Assembly: GCA_018241325.1 (NCBI GenBank)
Contig: JAFEEB010000021.1
Location: 45,292 to 109,291, forward strand
Reading direction: 5' to 3'
Origin: Pseudomonadota bacterium
Lineage (GTDB): Bacteria; Pseudomonadota; Gammaproteobacteria; Burkholderiales; Burkholderiaceae_C
Length of the DNA: 64,000 bases
Position numbers and translations under genes: made by a program
In this document: positions 58,425 to 64,000 of the stretch, in pieces
How positions within the stretch are numbered: position 1 is the stretch's first letter
How the letters are laid out: each line of letters starts with the position of its first letter
Notes under the pieces: generated by a model
The model's database searches: none
What the model was told of the DNA's origin: nothing
The model's input: only the letters and a program-made list of their open reading frames with translations

Positions 58425-59327
58425 TCAACCGGCGCAGTCGGGCCAGGACTGGGTGGTCAGCAGATTCTCGAAGCGGCTGGCCAGCATGGACGGTGCCAAC
58501 GCGGCCGAGCGCATGAGGGTCACTTCGACCGGAATGACCGGATCGAGCCGCCGTGCCACCAACTGATCGGCGAAAGCGTTGGCCACGAACGGGTTGACCA
58601 CGCCCACCCCGACACCGGCGGCCACCAGCGCGCAGATGGTGAGCGACGAGTTGGTCTCCACGGCGACGTCGTCGTGACCTGGATGCAGCGGGATGCGCCC
58701 GCGCATGGCAATCATGATGTCATCGTTCTCGTCCAGCAGGATCAGGCGCTGGGCGCGCAGTTGATCGGCCTTAATCACCCTGCGGCGGGCCAATGGATGG
58801 TCCCGATGCAGCAGGCACACGGCACGGCTGCGCAGCAGCGACACCGTGACGAGGTCGCTGTGCTCGATGTGCCCAGTGGTCAGGACGAAGTCCAGCAGAC
58901 CCTGGCTCAGGTACTCCTTGAGCTGCGGGGTGCCGTGGGTTTGCAAGTTGATGTAGATCCCCGGGTGTTGCTGCATGAACGGCGCAACGACCCGCGGCAG
59001 CAGCCCTGCCGCCAGCGTCGGCGTGCTGCCGATGCGCAGCACGCCCGTCCCTGACTTGCGCAGCACGCGCGCCGCCGTCTCGATCTGCTCCAGACCTTCG
59101 AAGTGCTGCCGCACCGATCGGTAAAGCTGTTGGCCCTCGCGCGTCGGACGCAGGCGTCCGTTGTGGAGGTCGAACAACTCCAGCCCGGTGGCCTGGCGCA
59201 ATTCCCCCAGCCGGCGGCTGATGGACGGTTGCGTGGTGTTGAGCACCTGCGCGGCACGCGTGGTCGTGCCGGACTCCATGACGGCCTTGAAGGCCTGGAT
59301 CTGCTGGAAGTTGAGCGGACGGGTCAT
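58425..59327 (-). CDS. LysR-family transcriptional regulator (OccR/NocR-like N-terminus by eye)
   Basis: LNFQQIQAFKAVMESGTTTRAAQVLNTTQPSISRRLGELRQATGLELF is the LysR HTH. ATG 59327 chosen; the longest ORF starts at 59369. Confidence 0.85.
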   Translation of the reverse strand: MTRPLNFQQIQAFKAVMESGTTTRAAQVLNTTQPSISRRLGELRQATGLELFDLHNGRLRPTREGQQLYRSVRQHFEGLEQIETAARVLRKSGTGVLRIGSTPTLAAGLLPRVVAPFMQQHPGIYINLQTHGTPQLKEYLSQGLLDFVLTTGHIEHSDLVTVSLLRSRAVCLLHRDHPLARRRVIKADQLRAQRLILLDENDDIMIAMRGRIPLHPGHDDVAVETNSSLTICALVAAGVGVGVVNPFVANAFADQLVARRLDPVIPVEVTLMRSAALAPSMLASRFENLLTTQSWPDCAG

Positions 59328-59491
59328 GTCGAGAGTGCGTCGGGCCACTCGGGGCAGTGGCTCTGGCATGCCATGAATACGGTATATCGAAAATGAATAG
59401 AGAGTACCAAAATTAGAATTATCCTCAATTGAGATCGCTTTCTAGAATCGATTCGCAACGGCTCGCATGGGCGGCCGGTTTCGACTTCTGA

Positions 59492-60796
59492 ATGGACTTG
59501 CACGACATGAGTCAAGCGAAAAATCCGGTCGGGCGCTTTCCCATCCGGCGCCTGGGCCAAGGCCCCTTGCACCACTTCTTCGGCTATTACGACAAGAGCG
59601 CGTGGGACCCGGACGATCGATGGGTGCTGGCCAACCAGGTCGATTGGATGACGGCAGACTTGACGCCCGACATGCAGGCGCAGGTCGGTTATTTCGACAC
59701 CCGGGACGGTGATCGCTTTCATGCGTGCGGTGAGACAACCGCCTGGAACTGGCAAATGGGCTGCCAGCTGCAGTGGCTCGATGGCCGTCCGGGTCGGCAG
59801 TTCATCTACAACGTGCGCCGGGACGGCCCCGGCGGGCTCTACCCCGGCTTCGGCGCGGCGATCCACAACGTGGACACAGGAGAAACCCAGCACCTCGACA
59901 ACCCCATCTACGTGGCGGCGCCCAACAGCCGCTACGCGCTCAGCGTGGACTACAGCCGCCTGTACGTGACCCACGAGACCATCGGCTACTGCGAGCCGGG
60001 GGGCAAGCGCCGCGACCTGCCGCTTTATCCGGCCGACGACGGCATCCATGCCATCGATCTGGAAACGGGGGCGACGCGGCTGCTGGTGAGCTACGCCGGC
60101 CTGCGCGATTTTCACCATCGGCCCTCAATGGACAAGGCGCTGCACTGGGTCAGCCACATCGAGATCAACCCGTCATCGACCCGCATCCTGTTCCTGCATC
60201 GCTGGACCGAGCGCGTCGAGGACGAAACCTGCTTTCTGCATCGCCTCATCACCATGGACCCGGACGGGCGCAACATGCGCCTGCTCGAGTGCTCGGATCA
60301 CCCCTTGCCCCAACTCGCGGCCGGCTTCGACCCGAGCGCCGTCGGCACCTACGACTACGAGAAGTCCGAGTACCAGATCTCCCATCCGCTGTGGCGCGAC
60401 GATCGGCACATCATCGTCTGGGGGCCGCACGAGGGCAGCATCCACTACCACCTGTACACCGACGCCGACGGCGGTCCGGTGGAGATCGTCGGCAAGGGCA
60501 TCCTGACCGAGAACGGGCACATGACGTATTCGCCCGTCAACCCGCGCTGGCTGCTGACCGACACCTACCCCGACCCCGACACCAACGAACGCACGCTGAT
60601 CCTGTTCGACTGCGACCGGCAGGTTCGCCACGACCTGGGCCGCTTTTATACCGACCCCGGTCTGCGCAAGGAAAACCGCTGCGACCTGCACCCGCGCTGG
60701 AGCCGCGACGGGCGCCAGGTGTGCATCGACTCGGTGCATGAGCACGAGCGCCAGATGTACGTGATCGACGTCGGCGCACTCGTCGATGCGGATTGA
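59492..60796 (+). CDS. Predicted beta-propeller protein of unknown function (TolB / oligogalacturonide-lyase-like repeats)
   Basis: 434 aa with no signal peptide. It has repeated strand-turn motifs with W/D/G patterns and a terminal CDLHPRWSRDGRQVCIDS motif like the xDxHPxWSxDG blades of TolB/PL22-type propellers. I cannot assign a specific family. Confidence 0.45.
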   Translation: MDLHDMSQAKNPVGRFPIRRLGQGPLHHFFGYYDKSAWDPDDRWVLANQVDWMTADLTPDMQAQVGYFDTRDGDRFHACGETTAWNWQMGCQLQWLDGRPGRQFIYNVRRDGPGGLYPGFGAAIHNVDTGETQHLDNPIYVAAPNSRYALSVDYSRLYVTHETIGYCEPGGKRRDLPLYPADDGIHAIDLETGATRLLVSYAGLRDFHHRPSMDKALHWVSHIEINPSSTRILFLHRWTERVEDETCFLHRLITMDPDGRNMRLLECSDHPLPQLAAGFDPSAVGTYDYEKSEYQISHPLWRDDRHIIVWGPHEGSIHYHLYTDADGGPVEIVGKGILTENGHMTYSPVNPRWLLTDTYPDPDTNERTLILFDCDRQVRHDLGRFYTDPGLRKENRCDLHPRWSRDGRQVCIDSVHEHERQMYVIDVGALVDAD

Positions 60797-60827
60797 ATCT
60801 TCCAACACCCACCCTCAGGAGACAACG

Positions 60828-61760
60828 ATGATGCATGCACTTTCCACTCTGCGGGGCCATGTCCGCACGGCCCTTGCCGTCGCGCTCGTGGCCGCCATCG
60901 CTCCCTCGGTCGGCCTGGCCGCCGACCTTTCGGGCACGCTCAAGAAGGTCAAGGATGATGGCGTCGTGGTGGTGGGCTTTCGCGAGGCCTCGATTCCGTT
61001 TTCCTACTACAACGACGCCAAGCAGCCCATCGGCTATTCGATCGACTTCACGAACCTGGTGCTCGATCGCATCCGCCAGCAAATCAAGGCGCCGGATCTG
61101 AAGGTGCGCTGGTTGCCGATCACGTCGCAGAACCGGATCTCCCTGTTGCAAAACGGCACCATCGATTTCGAGTGCACCACCACCACCCACAACGCCTCGC
61201 GGGCCCAGCAGGTGGATTTCTCCAACAGCCTGTTCATCGTCGGCACCCGGCTGATGACCCGCAAGGACTCCGGCATCAAGGATTTCGGTGATCTGAAGGG
61301 GCAGAACGTCGTGGTCGGCGCGGGCACGACGTCGGAAATCCTGCTGCGCAAGCTCAACGTCGATCAGAGCCTGGGCATGCGCATCATCAGCGCGAAGGAT
61401 CACGCCGAATCGTTTCTCACGCTGTCCACCGGACGCGTCAAGGCCATGATGATGGATGACGCCCTGCTGGCCGGCGAGCGCGCCAAGACGAGCGATCCGC
61501 AGGACTACGTCATCACCGGCACGCCCCAGTCCTACGAAGCCTATGGCTGCATGGTCCGCAAGGGCGACACCGCCATGAAGCAACTGCTGGACGACGTCAT
61601 CGCGCTGACCGAAACCTCCGGCAAGGGCGAAGCCATCTACAAGAAGTGGTTCATGAGCCCGGTCCCCCCGAAGAACCTGAACCTGGACTTCCCGATGTCC
61701 CAGGCCATGCAGCACCTGTTCGCCCACCCGAACGACAAGATCGATCCCGAGGCGAAATGA
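60828..61760 (+). CDS. gltI: Glutamate/aspartate-type ABC transporter substrate-binding protein
   Basis: Signal peptide, then VVVGFREASIPFSYY...IGYSIDF...LLQNGTIDFECTTTT, colinear with GltI. AGGAG RBS is present. Confidence 0.85.
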   Translation: MMHALSTLRGHVRTALAVALVAAIAPSVGLAADLSGTLKKVKDDGVVVVGFREASIPFSYYNDAKQPIGYSIDFTNLVLDRIRQQIKAPDLKVRWLPITSQNRISLLQNGTIDFECTTTTHNASRAQQVDFSNSLFIVGTRLMTRKDSGIKDFGDLKGQNVVVGAGTTSEILLRKLNVDQSLGMRIISAKDHAESFLTLSTGRVKAMMMDDALLAGERAKTSDPQDYVITGTPQSYEAYGCMVRKGDTAMKQLLDDVIALTETSGKGEAIYKKWFMSPVPPKNLNLDFPMSQAMQHLFAHPNDKIDPEAK

Positions 61761-62494
61761 ACTACCACTGGAATTGGTCGGTCCTGCTGCAGCAGGTCGC
61801 AACCGGTGAAAATTCGACCTACCTCGGTTGGATCGTCCATGGCTTCCTGATCACGGCCTTGCTCACCCTGGTGGCGTGGGTGCTGGCCCTCACGGTCGGC
61901 ACCGCTTTTGGCGTGATGCGCACGCTGCCGGGCCGTTGGCCCCGGCTCATCGGCATGACGTATGTGTCGATCTTTCGCAACGTGCCCTTGATCGTGCAGT
62001 TCTTCATCTGGTACTTCGTGGTGCCGGAGCTGCTGCCGAAGGCCATGGGCGATGCGATCAAGGGGGCGGACCCGACCCTCCAGTTTTTCGTCACCTCGGT
62101 GTTCGCCTTGGGGGTCTACACCGGCTCGCGCATCTGCGAGCAACTGCGGGCCGGCATCCAGGCGCTGGCCAAGGGGCAGGTTCAGGCGGCGCTGGCCGTG
62201 GGCTTCACGCGCGCGCAGATGTACCGCCACATCATCCTGCCGCAGGTGTTTCGCCGCATCCTGCCGCCTCTGACGTCCGAGTTTCTGATCATTTCCAAGA
62301 ACTCCGCCGTGGCCTCGACGATCGGCTTGCTCGAACTGAGCGGCCAGGCGCGGCAGCTGGTGGACTACACGGCCCAGCCCTACGAATCCTTCATCACGGT
62401 CACGCTGGCCTACGTGATCCTCAACTTCATGATCGTGCAGGTGATGAGCTGGATCCGCCGCTCCTCGGCCCGTCCGGGCCTGATGGGCGAATAG
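61757..62494 (+). CDS. gltJ: Glutamate/aspartate-type ABC permease
   Basis: MNYHWNWSVLLQQ...FRNVPLIVQFFIWYFVVPELLP...EQLRAGIQAL is colinear with E. coli GltJ. Its ATG overlaps the gltI stop. Confidence 0.88.
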   Translation: MNYHWNWSVLLQQVATGENSTYLGWIVHGFLITALLTLVAWVLALTVGTAFGVMRTLPGRWPRLIGMTYVSIFRNVPLIVQFFIWYFVVPELLPKAMGDAIKGADPTLQFFVTSVFALGVYTGSRICEQLRAGIQALAKGQVQAALAVGFTRAQMYRHIILPQVFRRILPPLTSEFLIISKNSAVASTIGLLELSGQARQLVDYTAQPYESFITVTLAYVILNFMIVQVMSWIRRSSARPGLMGE

Positions 62495-62506
62495 GAGCGC
62501 CGCGCC

Positions 62507-63187
62507 ATGCTGCATTTCGACTGGGCTTCCCTGTGGGCTGCGCGGGCCATCTTGGCGGAAGGCGCCTGGATCACGTTCAGGGTCACCCTGGTGGCGATCG
62601 CGTGCGGCATGGCCTTCGGCACCGTGCTTGCCGTCTGCGCCGTGGTGCGGGTGCGGACGCTGAACGCCTTTGCCCGCGCCTATGTCACCTTGTTTCGCTC
62701 GATTCCGCTGGTGATGCTGCTGTTGTGGTTCTTCCTGATCGTGCCGCAACTGCTCAAGTCGATCTTCGATCTGTCGCCGAGCGTTGACATACGGCTGGTG
62801 TCGGCCATGGTCGCCTACTCCATGCTCGAGGCCGCTTTTTTTTCGGAGATCATCCGGGCCGGCATCCTGGGCCTGCCGGTGGGCCAGTTTCAGGCCGCCC
62901 AGTCGCTGGGCATGACCACGCTGCAGGGCTTTCGCCACATCATCCTGCCGCAGGCCTTGCGGGCCATGCTGCCCATCATGCTGACCCAGTGCATCGTGAT
63001 CTTTCAGGACACCTCGCTGGTTTACGTCATCGCCCTGGGCGACTTCTTCAGCAACGCCGTGCGGATCGGCGAGCGCGATGGCTCCGTGGTCCAGCTGCTG
63101 CTGTTCGCGGGGTTGGTCTACTGGGTGATCTGCGCTGCACTCAGCGGCGTGGTCCGGATCGTGCAATTGCGCTTGCGCGAAGCCTAG
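62507..63187 (+). CDS. gltK: Glutamate/aspartate-type ABC permease
   Basis: FRSIPLVMLLLWFFLIVPQLL...SEIIRAGILGLPVGQ...IVIFQDTSLVYVIALGDFF is colinear with E. coli GltK. Confidence 0.88.
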   Translation: MLHFDWASLWAARAILAEGAWITFRVTLVAIACGMAFGTVLAVCAVVRVRTLNAFARAYVTLFRSIPLVMLLLWFFLIVPQLLKSIFDLSPSVDIRLVSAMVAYSMLEAAFFSEIIRAGILGLPVGQFQAAQSLGMTTLQGFRHIILPQALRAMLPIMLTQCIVIFQDTSLVYVIALGDFFSNAVRIGERDGSVVQLLLFAGLVYWVICAALSGVVRIVQLRLREA

Positions 63188-63476
63188 CCCGAAGGGCGGC
63201 GGCCCCGATGTCCAGGGGGCCCGCGCCGGAGCGTTCTTCGCCGGCGCCCAACCGTCAGACGTCTGACGCAGATCAAAGTCCGATCGCGGCACCCCATCTA
63301 GCATTTTTTGACGGGTGTCGCGCATTGCACGCGCGGCAGTGTGGCGTTCTTCTGGTTACTGCGCAGGCCCGCAGCGTGATGCATCATCGCGCCGGACGAG
63401 GGGCCGAGCGGGCAAACGCTCGGGTCCATTGACGCCGACCCAGTACCGTGGCAGATCTGGATGAGGTATCACTGAC

Positions 63477-64000
63477 ATGCGCAACGCATCTCCGCAAGCC
63501 GAGGACGACGGGGCACCCGCCGCACGACGCGTACCAGACGTCGCGGTTTTCTCGGCCAAAGCTTACGACCGCCAGTTCCTCGATGCCGCCAACGACGCTG
63601 GCGTTTGCAGACTGCACTACCTGGAGGCCGCGCTCGACGCCGACACCGTCGGGCTTGCCGCCGGCCGCGAGGTGGCTTGCGTGTTCGTCAACGATGTCGC
63701 CAACGCCGACATCCTGAAAACCCTGGCGGCCAACGGCACACGCCTGCTGGCGCTGCGCTGCACGGGCTTCAACAACGTCGATCTGGCCGCCGCGCGCGCC
63801 CATGGCATACGCGTGGTGCGCGTCACCACGTATTCGCCGTACTCGGTCGCCGAGCACGCGGTGGCCTTGCTGCTGTCGCTGGTGCGGCGCATTCCGCGCG
63901 CTTGGTACCGCACGCGCGACGGCAATTTCACGCTCGACGGGCTGCTCGGCTTCGACCTGCATGGCCGCACGGTGGCCGTGGTCGGCACGGGCCGCATCGG
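63477..64000 (+). CDS. D-isomer-specific 2-hydroxyacid dehydrogenase, LdhA-like (3' end outside window)
   Basis: This ORF is not in the ORF track because it runs off the window. Frame 3 is open from the stop at 63462-63464, with ATG at 63477. The translation ...VAVFSAKAYDRQFLD...LRCTGFNNVDLAAARAHGIRVVRVTTYSPYSVAEHAVALLLSL...GRTVAVVGTGRIG matches the D-lactate dehydrogenase family. Confidence 0.8.
   Translation, partial: MRNASPQAEDDGAPAARRVPDVAVFSAKAYDRQFLDAANDAGVCRLHYLEAALDADTVGLAAGREVACVFVNDVANADILKTLAANGTRLLALRCTGFNNVDLAAARAHGIRVVRVTTYSPYSVAEHAVALLLSLVRRIPRAWYRTRDGNFTLDGLLGFDLHGRTVAVVGTGRI

Noticed and set aside
63188-63476. Searched for a degraded gltL (ABC ATPase) remnant after gltK
   Set aside because: No Walker A, signature or Walker B-like translation is visible in any frame by eye. 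The only ORF (63356-63559, - strand) is short and low-complexity. A tBLASTn search would be needed to exclude a heavily decayed pseudogene.

Overview
High-GC, Burkholderiales/Comamonadaceae-like chromosomal window, almost all coded on the + strand. The supplied ORF track gives longest ORFs, some with GTG/TTG starts, so several starts were trimmed. Many long antisense or off-frame ORFs are GC-driven shadows of real genes.

Content from left to right:
- ALDH fragment and Zn-ADH
- uvrB
- iscR-iscS-iscA, with no iscU/hscBA/fdx
- dnaQ and tRNA-Val(CAC)
- isochorismatase-like gene and an acyl-CoA synthetase
- sucA-sucB-(SHOCT/PspC)-lpdA-zapE-lipoprotein
- PP2C phosphatase (- strand), dinG, and a LysR regulator (- strand)
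- Protocatechuate 4,5-cleavage island: pobA-ligJ-ligK-bug-ligI-ligAB(fused)-ligC
- LivKHMGF-type ABC importer with an embedded mobA-like 3-hydroxybenzoate 4-monooxygenase, a second paralogous binding protein, and a leaderless ModA-like protein
- bamD (- strand), rluD, scpB, rluB
- Conserved ndk-rlmN-pilW-rodZ-ispG-hisS-yfgM-bamB-der-hfq-hflX-hflK-hflC-DUF2065-hisZ-purA-PRTase block
- LysR (- strand) next to a beta-propeller gene and gltIJK without an ATPase gene, in DNA that looks more AT-rich by eye
- Partial ldhA-like gene

I saw no transposase or integrase, CRISPR array, rRNA, or recognisable defence or toxin genes. I did not find a convincing new multi-gene system.

The most unusual signals are:
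1. A co-oriented hairpin plus AGCTATCAAAA-tail repeat family with at least 6 copies, one of them inside the rluB ORF.
2. A roughly 120-nt structured repeat wedged inside operons (livH|livM, hflK|hflC, plus a partial inverted copy).
3. An in-frame LigA-LigB fusion.
4. A hydroxybenzoate-type ABC operon with two paralogous binding proteins and a translationally coupled monooxygenase.
5. An OccR-like LysR / beta-propeller / gltIJK cluster lacking gltL.
6. A minimal isc locus with a tail-less IscS.
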